Assembly (NCBI GenBank): GCA_002256025.1
Contig: NKIB01012745.1
Coordinates: 1 to 64,000, forward strand
Direction: 5' to 3'
Origin: Asterionella formosa
Lineage: Eukaryota
DNA length: 64,000 nt
In this document: positions 36,211 through 47,704 of the stretch, one piece after another
How positions within the stretch are numbered: position 1 is the stretch's first letter
How the letters are laid out: the number at the start of each line of letters is the position of its first letter
The notes under the pieces: generated by a model
What the model was told of the DNA's origin: nothing
What the model saw: the letters and a program-made list of their open reading frames with translations, nothing else
Databases searched by the model: none
Position numbers and translations under genes: made by a program

Positions 36211-36891
36211 CTATCCAAAAGTGTTGGGCCAGCCACCTCCATTGTGTCGATACAGGAACGAATTTAAGGCAACGCATGCATTCATGGAAGGTACATGCTT
36301 GCTTTCAAACTGCACCTCCTCCCATATTTCAGGTTCATTTTTCGCTCTTTCTTTCGCTTCTTCGACGGTCAACCTATCCTCCACGTAACATAGTAGATTG
36401 AATGGTCTCGTTTCTTCGTCCCCTTGATAATTCCTTACAATTTGACGCATGGAATCGCGAACATTATTAAGATAATGTTCTGTTTGGTTGAATTTATCGA
36501 ACTCATTTGTTTTCATTGGCAACGCCAGCGCCACCGCTCCCAGGTCCCTGTACCCAAGCGAATTCAGAAGCTTGTCCTGCGTCTCAGGAAGGTTTGTCCA
36601 GGTAATTTGTTGCTGTTGCTGAATTCCTTCAGGTATTTCATCCCTCTTTGGTCCAGATACGTGAAGCTCAAAGGCTGTTAGCCCTTGAACTGGATAAATA
36701 GGTATGGCATGAGCAAGATATGGATCGCTGACGGCAAAACCAATTTCAAAATGATGCGCATCGTCCGTGAACGACTTCGGAACGGGGCACATGCAAAGGA
36801 TTCTTTTCATTGGCGAAACCCTCGAAATCAAGGACGCCCCGGTCAACATGTCGAGTTGGAATGGAAGGAATATCTTCGGACCAGCAGTCAA
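36211..36891 (-). CDS. Uncharacterised protein, possibly SPOUT/SpoU-like C-terminus; 5' end unresolved
   Basis: 226-aa open frame ending VPSMNACVALNSFLY, similar to the SpoU 'SLN-s-A' motif. No clear in-frame ATG upstream of the core. Confidence 0.5.
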   Translation of the reverse strand: MTAGPKIFLPFQLDMLTGASLISRVSPMKRILCMCPVPKSFTDDAHHFEIGFAVSDPYLAHAIPIYPVQGLTAFELHVSGPKRDEIPEGIQQQQQITWTNLPETQDKLLNSLGYRDLGAVALALPMKTNEFDKFNQTEHYLNNVRDSMRQIVRNYQGDEETRPFNLLCYVEDRLTVEEAKERAKNEPEIWEEVQFESKHVPSMNACVALNSFLYRHNGGGWPNTFG

Positions 36892-37233
36892 GAACTTTTG
36901 GTAAATGGGAAATTGAAGATATTTGATTAAAAAACAGAAAAAAGTGATGACTAAAACACATTTGCTTAGCTTGCGAATTTTTTTTGTATCTTTCTTTTGG
37001 CTTTCGTGCGGTTTGGGATGACGCCGTCGTCACAGATAAAAAGAAAGATGTTTCGTAGCTCCGACATGCTGAACCGGAGGGATACCATGGCCTGATTTGA
37101 TTTGCTTCTTTGCAACGGTCATCGAATACGGTACAGGTACAAAAGATGATACCCTGGTTGGCACCTGATACCAAATTTTTGTATCATCGTTTTCTTTCAT
37201 GCTGTCGAGCGTACAAATGTAGAAATACATTGA

Positions 37234-37266
<33 letters not shown>
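37234..37266. repeat. (GAT)11 microsatellite in a divergent promoter region
   Basis: Read directly from the sequence. Confidence 0.9.
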
Positions 37267-37399
37267 ATTATGTTGGCGGTAAGGTTTCGAAGAAGCAAAA
37301 TAGAAGAATGAGCTCCACGTGGTGAAGAATATGGAGCTCGAACCTAATCAACCCTTACTACCGGTATCGTGGTTGCAGCGAAAGGCCACAATTCCGACC

Positions 37400-38324
37400 A
37401 TGGTGAAACTAGCCGCGGCCGCTCTTTGCCTAGCTTTGGCTAGCACAGCAGACGCATTTAAACCCACTGCTTTTGTTTCCAAGAAGATATCAACACCTAG
37501 TCTCAGCAATGATTGGAGACCGGGAATGAAAATGGTTGCTGGTGGCGCAGAAAGGGCGTACGGCGATGATTACTATGAGGGTAAGCTTCCTCGTAGCTTG
37601 TTGCGAGCTACAACTCGGAGGACTTGTATTACAAATGAGCTAAGCTGTTACATGTAGGCCATCCTTGGTTCGGCCTTTCTCACCCCAACCTATCCGTTCC
37701 AAAACAGGTGTCCGCATTGGACCTCCTCCTGACCTCCCTTCCCTCTTATTGCACAACCGGATTGTTTACATTGGAATGCCTTTGGTCCCTGCCGTGACAG
37801 AGTTGATCATTGCAGAGCTGCTTTACCTCAACTATGAATCCACCACTGACCCTATCACTATGTACATCAATTCCAGTGGAACCACAACAGCCAACGGCCA
37901 AGCCGTCGGTTTTGAAACAGAAGCTTTTGCTATCGCTGATGTCATGAAGTATGTTCGTCCCCCGGTCCACACAGTCGCTCTTGGACAAGCATTTGGAGCT
38001 GCAGCCATGTTGTTGTCCCAGGGAAAACGAGGACACCGGTATTCCTTGCCCAATGCCACTATCATGCTCAACCAACCGAAATCCCAAGCTCGTGGGCAGG
38101 CTTCAGATATTGCTATCAAGGCCCGGGAAGTGGCACACAACCGGAGAACAACTTGTCAACTCATTGCGACGGCATGCGGCAAGCCTATCCAGACTGTTAT
38201 CGACGACTGCGCGCGTGTCAAGTATTTGCAACCCGAGGAAGCGGTTGCGTATGGTTTGATTGATAAGGTGATCAGAGATGAAGGTGCTCTTGCTGTCAAG
38301 CCTTCCTTCCTGGCTTCTCTATAA
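37400..38324 (+). CDS. clpR: Plastid Clp protease non-catalytic subunit ClpR; 2 exons (37400-37580, 37708-38324)
   Basis: Signal peptide MVKLAAAALCLALASTADA|F; PPPDLPSLLLHNRIVYIGMPLVPAVTELIIAELLYL; catalytic Ser and His positions replaced (GQAFGAAA, LNQP); GTAAG...CAG intron 37581-37707. Confidence 0.9.
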
Positions 38325-38559
38325 TCATGTTGGTTGTGGAAAGACATTTAATTATCTATTAATCAACTACCGATACTGGGAGGCAACGGATTTAGGGTCG
38401 CCTTACTTATACTCTTAATTTTCATTCTCCGTTGGACGCAATGAATAGAACTGATAGTGGCGAAAAGCTAACGGGTACGTTATTAAACACAGCTTTTTAA
38501 GTTCAAATAATGTTATTGGACTTATTTTCTACACGGCGCTATTTACGCTTTTTCCTCAA

Positions 38560-39702
38560 TTACACCACCATCTTTGGCTTGCCAGTTTCGTCAAACTGGA
38601 ACATGTAATTTTCGTTCTTGCAGACAGTGTTCATCTTGGCAACAATGGAAGCTCGCAGGGCAAGGGATTCAGCCTTGTCGTCCACTTTGGCAGCTGCAGC
38701 ACCAGTATCCTTGAAGAACTTGATAAAAGTAGCCGAGACGGGATCTTCGCCCGGCTTGGCAGTGCCCTTGATTTTGGCAATGGCGGCGTCAAGAGCAGAT
38801 TTCTTCAGTTCCTTGCTTTCCTTGAATTGAGCAGTAACGGACGCAGTAGCAGCAGCCATAAGAACAGCCTTGGCGCCTTCGGCAACCCGAGTTTCTTCAG
38901 CGGCAATCAAGGCGACTACTTTCTCCATTTGTGCCTTGAGGTCATGTTGAGGTTTGACCAAACCAGCAGCGTTCAGATCCGCATAAGCCTTTGCTCTGAT
39001 TTGGTTAATGGCTTCAAAGTCTTCCACCTTGTTTCCTTGAGCCTTGTAGAACAGAAGCTCTTGTTCTAAGGATTCAATGAGTTTTTGTTCCACCTCGTTC
39101 TGCTCCTTGAGAATTTCCAATCCAGGTTCAGTCATGGCCTTGTATAGCATGTCCCCAGCACCGTAGTACACGGAAACACAGAACGCAATGAAACAAGCAG
39201 CAAGCTGAGTTTCCTCGTTGACGACATACCATTCGTATGTGAGCATTGGAACAGCTGCGGCAATACCGATGGGAAGGGCAAACCATGCTTTGGAGACAAC
39301 CACTTGAGATTCAGCAGGCTTCACTTCGCTCTCTCGTCGGGCGGATGCATGGAAGTGAACACGAGGAGCTTCGCAGGCGACGACTCTGCGATAAGGAACA
39401 AATAAGAACAAAGCACAAACAAGTGAGAATCTTTAACGCTGATCCATTGATGTACCATTTTCAAAAGTGTAAAAAACATGTTCCAAACACCATAGAAAAA
39501 ATCAAGATTTCCAGTCGAGTAACTCGACTGCAAATGGATCAACGTAGATTTGAGTACAAATCGCCAATGGCGTTTGACGGGCCTTTTTGTCTGTTTCATC
39601 GAGGTTCTTTCTTCCGTTGTCCTTCATAACACCTAAAACGTACCCTCGTGAAGAAGAGAGAATAGTTCTCTTGGCAAAATTAGAAGTCGCAACACGCAAC
39701 AT
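38560..39702 (-). CDS. ATP4: Mitochondrial ATP synthase F0 subunit b; 2 exons (39702-39644, 39385-38560)
   Basis: Mitochondrial-type presequence MLRVATSNFAKRTILSSSR...FHASARR; EWYVVNEETQLAACF TM signature then coiled coil; GTACG...CAG intron 39643-39386. Confidence 0.8.
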
Positions 39703-40035
39703 GGTGAATCAAGGGGCACAACAAATACCGCGGGCACCACCGTTATGTTACCTTTGCTGCTTACGTTTGCAGCTGCTTTCTTGTCTGTTTGGCTGTTTCT
39801 CAAAATGTATTCTTTGATGCATGCCGTATGTACATTCGTATAGAAGACGTACATAGTCCATGCATTAAAGACCTTGCTCCTGGTGTTCTGCTACACCAGG
39901 TACCTGGTACCCTGCTACCTGGTACTGGTAGCTAGATGAGATGATACTGGTATCATATCATCCTCACATCTATCATCTACCGGGTACTGGTACTATACCA
40001 TACCGTACCAGTAAGTAGACTGCCGGTACCAGGTA

Positions 40036-40118
40036 CCTCCCAGTTGCGGTCATTTTGCTTAAATCAACAATTTGATCTGGGATAAACAAAGCTAAAACTT
40101 TAGTTTACCGCCACTTGG
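40036..40118 (+). mobile_element. ~90-bp MITE, copy 5 (degenerate)
   Basis: CAGTTGCGGTCATTTTGCTTAAATCAACAATTTGATCTGGGATAAA...TTACCGCCACTTGG. Confidence 0.75.
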
Positions 40119-40713
40119 TCATCATCGTCTCTTGTCCAGCTCTACGTGAAAATAAGAGGGCCCGACAGGAACAATCGATGAAAAGATCTGCATAGCATAA
40201 AGAAGCCGCACACCATATCATATTTTGCTTGTTGTTCTTTTGTTAGCTTGCTTTTTACACTGTTCATCCATAGTACCTGTTATGTACTGCAAATAAGGCG
40301 AGAAACACCAGACGTTGCCTTGCGTTCCTATGAAGACTACATACTTCTATGTACCGGTATGTATGCCACAACTACCGGTATGCGTGCTGGCTGTTGATTC
40401 TCGCAGAAGTGGCATGTCGCCTCATCATGCAGCGAGCACAAAACATACCGGTATACTGCAAATCCACTCGTCTCGATTTCATCATCATAGCACGACTTGC
40501 TCTGCTTCACAGCGTACATCAGGTGAACCGCCTGTCATACTCAGTACTCAGTGCTGTACCGGTAGAACACTTGAGAGACGCTCCTCACGATAGAGAAGTT
40601 CCAACGAGACCACGCCCAGAACAGATCCTTCCACACAACTCGTGGAGAGTCACAATCAGTCTTATCGTCCTTCTATCTTGGTTTGAATCCTTGTTTGTCC
40701 TGGCATTTACAAA

Positions 40714-43700
40714 ATGCAGGGATACAACAACGGCGACGGGCAATCGACGAGTGGAGACACTGGCTTTGGTGGTAGTACCATGGGTGGAAGTTACGGGGAC
40801 AGTTACGTTGCTTCACCATCGAATCCTCCGCCGCCGCCTCCATCATCATCAACAACAATTCCGCCCATGACACCTACAGCTCCTGGCAGTATTACTCAGT
40901 TTGCCACTCCACCCCCACAGCCTCAGTATATTCCTCATCAGCAGCAATACGTGCCTCAGCCTCAGCAGTATTTGACTCCGCAACAACAGATATATGGCCA
41001 ACAACCGGTCATGCCTCAGCAACAGTATGCCCAGCTGCCGGTTGTTCAGACACAACCAGTCATGCAGCAGCAGTATATGCAGGCCACACCAGCTCAGAAC
41101 GCATATCATCCACAACAGCCGCAGCGAACACCTACTCCACAGCAGCCTCCAGTTCAGTCCAATGCTGCAGAAGGATCGTTTGCAGCTAGATCAGCAGCTG
41201 CCTATGCTGTTGTTGGCTTAGCGCCACAGCAACCTTCAATTATCGTACCGCAGCAGCAAGCGTGCATGGTACAGCAATCGATTGCGCCAGCTGTTCCGAC
41301 AATCTCCACAACAGCACAAGCGGTTGGGGAGTCACCAGCTCTACAGGCACAACAAAACAGAATCTTGACAGATTGCACTCGTAAGGTTCAAGAGCACGCC
41401 TATTACATGAAGCAAGCCATGGAAAAAGATGATCTGCCAACGGTTCTGGAGAGGGCAGTTAGCATGCTTGGAGAATTGGGTGATGGCACATCTTCTCAGT
41501 TGACACCCAAGAATTACTATGAACTACACATGCGTGCTTTGGATGACATGCCAAATTTGGAAGAATTTCTTATCGCGGTCACGTCGTCGGGCAAACAAAA
41601 AATGCGAGAGTTATACGATCAAGTGCAGTACTGTCCGCGCGTCTTGCCTCGCTTGTACCTCCAGATTTGCGCAGGCTCGGCCTTGATTCGATCCAAAGAA
41701 GAATCCGCCAAGTGGGTCTTGGCAGACCTCATTGATGGTGTCAAATGTGTGCAGAATCCAGTCCGTGGTTTGTTCCTTAGGCACTTTTTGTTGCAAGTGA
41801 CTCGGGACAAGTTGCCCTACTCGGAAGATGTCAAGGATGCGTACGAATTTGTCTTGACGAATTTCATCGAAATGAACAAATTGTGGGTCCGTATTCAGCA
41901 CTTACCAGGTGATGGTAAGACTAAGGATCAACGTAAGCGACGAGAGCGCGAGCGAAATGAATTGAGAATCTTGGTCGGAACAAACTTGGTGCGACTCTCT
42001 CAGCTCGAAGGAGTGTCTTCGCAGATTTATGGAGAACAAATCTTACCCAAGATTTTGGAACAAATAACTGTTTGTGGTGACCCCTTAGCGCAAGCGTATT
42101 TGATTGATTGTATTATTCAGGTATTTCCAGATGAGTATCACATAGAGACGCTTCCAGTCTTGCTGGCAGTTTGTCCTAAGCTCCGTGACAAGGTCAATAT
42201 TCGTACCATTCTTCAAAGTCTAATGGACCGATTGGCCAATTATTATGCTGAGGAGGAGCTCCTAGATGAAGTTGATACGAACCAAGTGAAAAAATCCATG
42301 GCAAAAGACTCTTTCCCCATGTTTGAAGAGTGCGTCCAGAAAGTTTACAATGCTCGAGGGCCCAAGTTGGTAGCCAAGGAAGTGATTAGACTCCAAACCG
42401 CTTTGTTGAACTTTTCACTCAAGTGCAACAAGGACAATATGGAACAAGTCAGCCGTTGCCTGAGAGTTTGCGACCAATTCGTTCGTCAGGCCGGAAATGC
42501 GGCATCCAACTATTCAACTGGTGCTACCCCAGATCCAGGTATGACAGCATTGGACGATGCATCCGTCGTTGAATTGGAGAAGATGCTTTCCATTCCGCTC
42601 GAATCGCTCGCGTTGAAGGTTTTGGAGTTGGACCAGTATTCGGGTCTACTCCAATTCCTTCCATGGAACAACCGTAGAGATGTTGGCATCACCATGCTTA
42701 GGGCTATTGATACATCTGGAGGCATTCCCCAAACAATGCAACAGATTGAGGAACTCTTCGCGATCATAGCACCCGTCATTCGAGAAGAAAGTTCTTCGAT
42801 CGTAGATCAGGTGGGCAAAATGAAAGTTTCGCCGGGATTAGAACAGGCGGAGAGGTCAAGGGACGTCCAAGAGGAAATCACCTTGTTGTCGAAACTTGTT
42901 CATTCGCTTAACAGTGAAGACGATGAGCTGGCCTTCGAAATGCTGTCTGTTGCTCGTAACCATTTGAGCACAGGCGGTCCTAATCGAGTAAGTAGCACTC
43001 TTGTCCCAATTGTGTTTTCGGCATTGCAATTGGCCACAAGGATGCACGGTGCTGAGCGAAAAGCAATAGAGGAATTCAAGAACCAGAATACAAAAGCTAT
43101 CATTCGTGTGGAAGATGACTCGGCGATTGGAATCACTCATGGTGCTGTGTCTGAGGCGATTGATGAGAAAACCGTGGCCATCCAGCAGTCTGCTGGTGAA
43201 GGTGAAGAATTGATAATTAAGGAAACAAAATTGACCACTGAAGAAACGGAATTGACAACTGGAGAAGGGGAGTTGACAACTGAAGAAAAGGAATCGACAG
43301 CCGATTTTTCCATCGACGCAACTAAGAAAATTGAGGAACCATGCATTACTACCCTCGTTCCTCAGGCCATGGAACAGAGTGCCGAAGAAAACAAAGAAGT
43401 GTTGCCTGTTTCTATCATTGAAGCAACTCAAGAAATGGAAGGACCAGAAGGTGTTGTTCCTACAGAACCATCAAAATCCGTGAGGTACGCAAAGAAAGTA
43501 ACCATAATGTCGTTATCGGATTGTCAGTGGCAATTCTAACCTTTTTCCTTCTCCGTCATAGCTGTAGGAAGATTTTTGTATTTCTACAATCCACCGTTGC
43601 CATGGTGGCCAAAGGGCATCCCGAACTTGGTGTTAATCTCTACATCGATCTCGCGCTTGCCGCTGACGGTCTAGCCGTACACGACAAGGGCAGAAACGAC

Positions 43701-44383
43701 AGTAATACTTTCACTCAAATTGCATATGAGCTCATGACGCAAGGCATTCTTCTCCACGAAGAGGATATTAGTGATGCGAAAAGTCAGGAACGAAGCATCA
43801 TCAAGATTATTGGCGCCCTTATTGCCTTTGAAACACTGAGCAACGACGAGTACGAACGTCTCATTACGAAGGCAGCACAGTTCTCTGCCAAATTAGTGAG
43901 GAAACAAGAACAGTGCCGTATGGTTGCACTGTGTGCTCATTTGTTCTATCCTGGTGTAAGTTTCGGCATCGATTCCATTCCGAAACTTTCTTGCATGATT
44001 TCTAACCTCGTTTGCATCAATATTTCGCGTAGGAGGGTAAATCCTACCAGAACCCACCACGTAGTCTTGAATGTCTACAGCGGGCATTGAAACTTGCGGA
44101 TTCGAGTACCTGTGCCTCGGCTGGAAATGTTTACTTGTTCGTGGAGTTGCTGGATCACTATGTATGTTTTTTCGAGGAGAGGAACCCTGTTGTTTCTGAA
44201 GTATACATTACTGGTCTTGTTGCTCTTATCAGGGAGCATCTGGACACTGTCATTCCCATCACAGCTCCAGATATTTCTGCAGTGTCAGATGCAAAAGCAC
44301 ATTTCAGTGAAGTTCTCCAGCACATCAAGAGAAAGAAGAACGCCTCGGAAACAGCAGAGCGGTTCACCAAAATCACATTATAG
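40714..44383 (+). CDS. VPS35: Retromer subunit VPS35 with long P/Q-rich N-terminal extension; 3 exons (40714-43484, 43562-43955, 44033-44383)
   Basis: LTPKNYYELHM, LYDQVQY...LPRLYL, VQNPVRGLFLRHFL, NFIEMNKLWVR, ERNELRILVGTNLVRLS, QVFPDEYH, ECLQRALKLAD; introns 43485-43561 and 43956-44032. Confidence 0.95.
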
Positions 44384-45067
44384 TCGTAGATTGAAATATC
44401 GGGATTGTTTTATTTGATATTATTATGTTTGAGTAGTGAACAATTTTGCTCGAAGGACGTCAATGCCGCCATCAGTTCACTATTAGTTACTTTGACTTTT
44501 AGATTTTTTTTCTCAAAAATTTGAAGCGACCACTGGATCGATGGTAGGTGAAAATTGGTATGTTCACGACAGTTGGTATTTCCCCTCCATGGGTGATTCT
44601 ATCGATTCCATTCCCAGTACTTGAAAAGAATTCCTTCATCTTACAAAATTGCAAACTCAACAGTCCGTTACGAAACAAGTTGACTTTGTTGCTAGTCAAT
44701 GCGAGTGAATTTAGAAACCTTGTGATAAGGAATCACCTTCGGTCCTCACTTTGTGCTCACTGGCAGTTGAAACTGTCATCGAAGCAGTCGAAAACTTGAT
44801 TGCCACAACAACACCTCTTATGATGGCCGACCATATTCTAGTAACATGCAGATAATGCATTTTATTCTGCCGTCCCACAATCGATGATGAGAACAATCAG
44901 CGAGAAAAAGATTCCCACGAAGCCACATAAGCATCGCAAACGGTTCAATTTGCACACAAACTTGGTCTACACTCGAAAGTACCGAGAAAAGATGAAAAGA
45001 GTAACGAAAGTGGATTTTTTCTTGTACGACGATGACAAACTTGCCAAAATGTCAGATTAGTTGTATA

Positions 45068-45163
45068 GGAAGTCATCATAAATTCCATTCGTATCCACTC
45101 CATGTCTAAATATTCGGAAGTCATCATAAATTCCATTCGTATCCACTCCATGTCTAAATATTC
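45068..45163. repeat. Exact 48-bp tandem duplication (2 copies) downstream of the beta-propeller gene
   Basis: GGAAGTCATCATAAATTCCATTCGTATCCACTCCATGTCTAAATATTC x2. Confidence 0.9.
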
Positions 45164-45209
45164 ATTGAGTTGACTGAGGTCCTCGAATCTTGTATTTAAA
45201 ATTTTTGGC

Positions 45210-46652
45210 TCACAAGAAAGTTATTGTAGCTTGCTCTCTTTCCCATTTGTCAAGCCCTCCACCTATTTCTAGTTTCGCCACACCAATAGCAGTGCTTCCA
45301 TCTGTACCTTGCCCAGTGTAGTACATTCTCGATGTTCCGTCGTCAAGTCTGAGCATTGCAAAGGTTGAGACATTGTATGTAAATTCATAACCTTTCGTTT
45401 CATGGAATACATACCTGATTACATGCGGCGAGCCAACCCCACCGTGGTCCCAAGAATCGTCCGTTTCCCCAACATCGAACGCTACTCCACATTTGGACCA
45501 TTTTCGGCCATCCGTACTTTCTGCCATGAATATACGATGCTTGCTATCTTCTGGAGACACGCCCTCGTAGAACATGACCCAACCTTCTGTTGTTTTCCAA
45601 GTTCTAGTATCGGGATCATAGGATGCCTGTTGTATCACATTGCATCTGGCACAACCGCCAGCATCGAGGCCATCAACATCCGGCACTAACACGTTCCCAC
45701 GCTTCATCCACCGGAACCCATCAGTAGAGACAGCCAATGCAATGCATTTTTGCTTGTCCTTTTTTCTCATTGTGCTGTAGTACATGAAGAAACTAGGTTT
45801 TTCCTTGCCCATGTTCATCTTTTCTTCCCCCTCTGGAACGATTTTGACTGCCACTTCAGGCCAGCCACAGTACAACTCTTCTTCAAGGTTGAGGAGCGAA
45901 TCATCGTCATCTCTCTGGGAAGCCACAGACTTCATGTTTGGATCGGACGCATCGTATGGGGCGATACAAGCACCACTAGCATCGTCACCTTCAACTCTCC
46001 CCCATGATGTCCCGTCCTGTGAGATTGCAACACCAATCTTCATCTTCATCCCCTTTATCTTTGCATCGGCAGCTGCTTCTGGCACATCATGCAGGTAGTC
46101 CTTGACGGGTGTGTCCTCAAAAGATCCTCCCATATAGTACATGAGATAGACGCCACCTTCCGAAATGATAGCAGGTGTAGTCATGGGTAGCAAGACTTGT
46201 CCCAGTCCAACGTGAGCCGTATCGAAGCCCCACCAGGCCTCGTTGTTGCGTCCCAGGCTAACATCTGGTGCATCTTCTGAAGCACTCCCCTCCACCAGCT
46301 TGTTCCAAATTAATCCATTGCGACTACTAGCCCTGCCTATTCTTCCCGTGCTCAAGGGCGGCAAATTGCTGTCTGCGTCAAACGTCGTCGACCGCCCGTG
46401 GTACCACATGACATATTCCGCATCGTTCATGTCCGGTCCGTCTCGAATGTAGCGATGCACACGAGCACCTCCAATCTTGAAGTTGTCAAAGGCTTGTGGA
46501 TCTGTGGAAGGCCGCAAAACAATGTTGTTGTTGTTGGCAGCGTGAAGGGCCGACAGCGACAATCTGGTTCGATCATTGGACCATGCGTTCGAGTTATGAG
46601 CCGCTATCATCAAGCTCAACAAGATGGTGAGAGCGGATCGAGGAATCGCCAT
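45210..46652 (-). CDS. Five-bladed beta-propeller glycosyl hydrolase-like protein (GH32/43/130 fold), probably plastid-targeted; 66-bp intron 45414-45349
   Basis: Repeated blades MWYHG...IGRASSRNGLIW, YLMYYMGG...IGVAISQDGTSW, FMYYS...LAVSTDGFRW, MFYEG...AESTDGRKW, WDHGGVGSP; signal peptide ending SNA|W. Confidence 0.8.
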   Translation of the reverse strand: MAIPRSALTILLSLMIAAHNSNAWSNDRTRLSLSALHAANNNNIVLRPSTDPQAFDNFKIGGARVHRYIRDGPDMNDAEYVMWYHGRSTTFDADSNLPPLSTGRIGRASSRNGLIWNKLVEGSASEDAPDVSLGRNNEAWWGFDTAHVGLGQVLLPMTTPAIISEGGVYLMYYMGGSFEDTPVKDYLHDVPEAAADAKIKGMKMKIGVAISQDGTSWGRVEGDDASGACIAPYDASDPNMKSVASQRDDDDSLLNLEEELYCGWPEVAVKIVPEGEEKMNMGKEKPSFFMYYSTMRKKDKQKCIALAVSTDGFRWMKRGNVLVPDVDGLDAGGCARCNVIQQASYDPDTRTWKTTEGWVMFYEGVSPEDSKHRIFMAESTDGRKWSKCGVAFDVGETDDSWDHGGVGSPHVIRYVFHETKGYEFTYNVSTFAMLRLDDGTSRMYYTGQGTDGSTAIGVAKLEIGGGLDKWEREQATITFL

Positions 46653-47305
46653 GTTTGTCAAGTTGAAGTGGCGGTGCGTGAGGAAAATGGGAAATGTCGA
46701 CACCGGTCTTGAAATGTAACATATGTATTATACGGCCTCTATCGTATAAGAACCGGGTTGTATATCTTGGCAGTCGATGAAAGGGAGTGGGAGTGTATGC
46801 TGATGCTGATGCTGACATCACGATCTTTCCGCCACGAGCAAGAACTACTGTACATACCTACCGGTAGAAGAAATTTTTTCTGGATTTGACTATTGCGACT
46901 AAAAAGTTCGGACTCCATCGACTACATTTCGCATTTCGTTGACTTACCTCTTACTCGATCGTTGCTCGAAAAAAGTGCCACCCACGCAGCAACTTGTTCC
47001 ATCTTTTGTTTTCGTTCGGTGAGTGGTCGACCATGGCGCTGTCTTCGTGGAATAAATCAAGATCCGTGAGAATGCTTCCATCGTGTTCAGTGTAGCTCAT
47101 AGGAGAGCGTGTAGGTTGAAGAATAGACATTGGTTGCACAACAAAGCCCAGAAGCGCTGCGATAGTGCGAAGGAGCTAGCGCTACCCCATATCCTGTTTG
47201 GCTTCATGATTTGTTGAATTCTCACAGTATGATGTGCTTTGTTGCGGTACGTCGTATTCCCTGCTAACCTTGTTAGCTCCCCCCTTTAGCTTTTCATATT
47301 TCAAA

Positions 47306-47704
47306 ATGGTGTTCAAGCGATACGTGGAGGTTGGCCGAGTTGTCCTCATCAACTTTGGTCCAGATGCCGGAAAGTTGGCTACCATTATTGATGTTGTCGA
47401 CCAGAACAAGTGCATGGTCGACGGACCAGAAGAAATTACTGGAGTCGCCAGACAGGTTATCTCTTACAAGAGTATTGCCCTGACTGACTTGACGGTCAAG
47501 GTTCAACGAAGTGCGAGAGCCAAGACTCTGGTCAAGGCGTGGGAGGCAGGTGAGACTCTGGCGACATGGGAAAAGTCATCATGGGCCAAGAAGCTGTCGG
47601 CAAAGAAGAAGCGTGCAGGTCTTGGAGATTTCGATAGATTCAAGGCGATGGTTGCCAAGAAGCAAAAGGCAGCTATTATTGCAAAGAAAATGGCAGAGCT
47701 TTAA
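47306..47704 (+). CDS. RPL14: 60S ribosomal protein L14 (eL14)
   Basis: MVFKRYVEVGRVVLINFGPDAGKLATIIDVVDQNKCMVDGP...WAKKL...DFDRFKAM. Confidence 0.95.
   Translation: MVFKRYVEVGRVVLINFGPDAGKLATIIDVVDQNKCMVDGPEEITGVARQVISYKSIALTDLTVKVQRSARAKTLVKAWEAGETLATWEKSSWAKKLSAKKKRAGLGDFDRFKAMVAKKQKAAIIAKKMAEL

Noticed and set aside
47085..47135. tRNA-Phe gene
   Set aside because: A D-arm-like and GAA loop-like sequence is present, but there is no anticodon stem, T-arm (GTTCRA) or acceptor stem.
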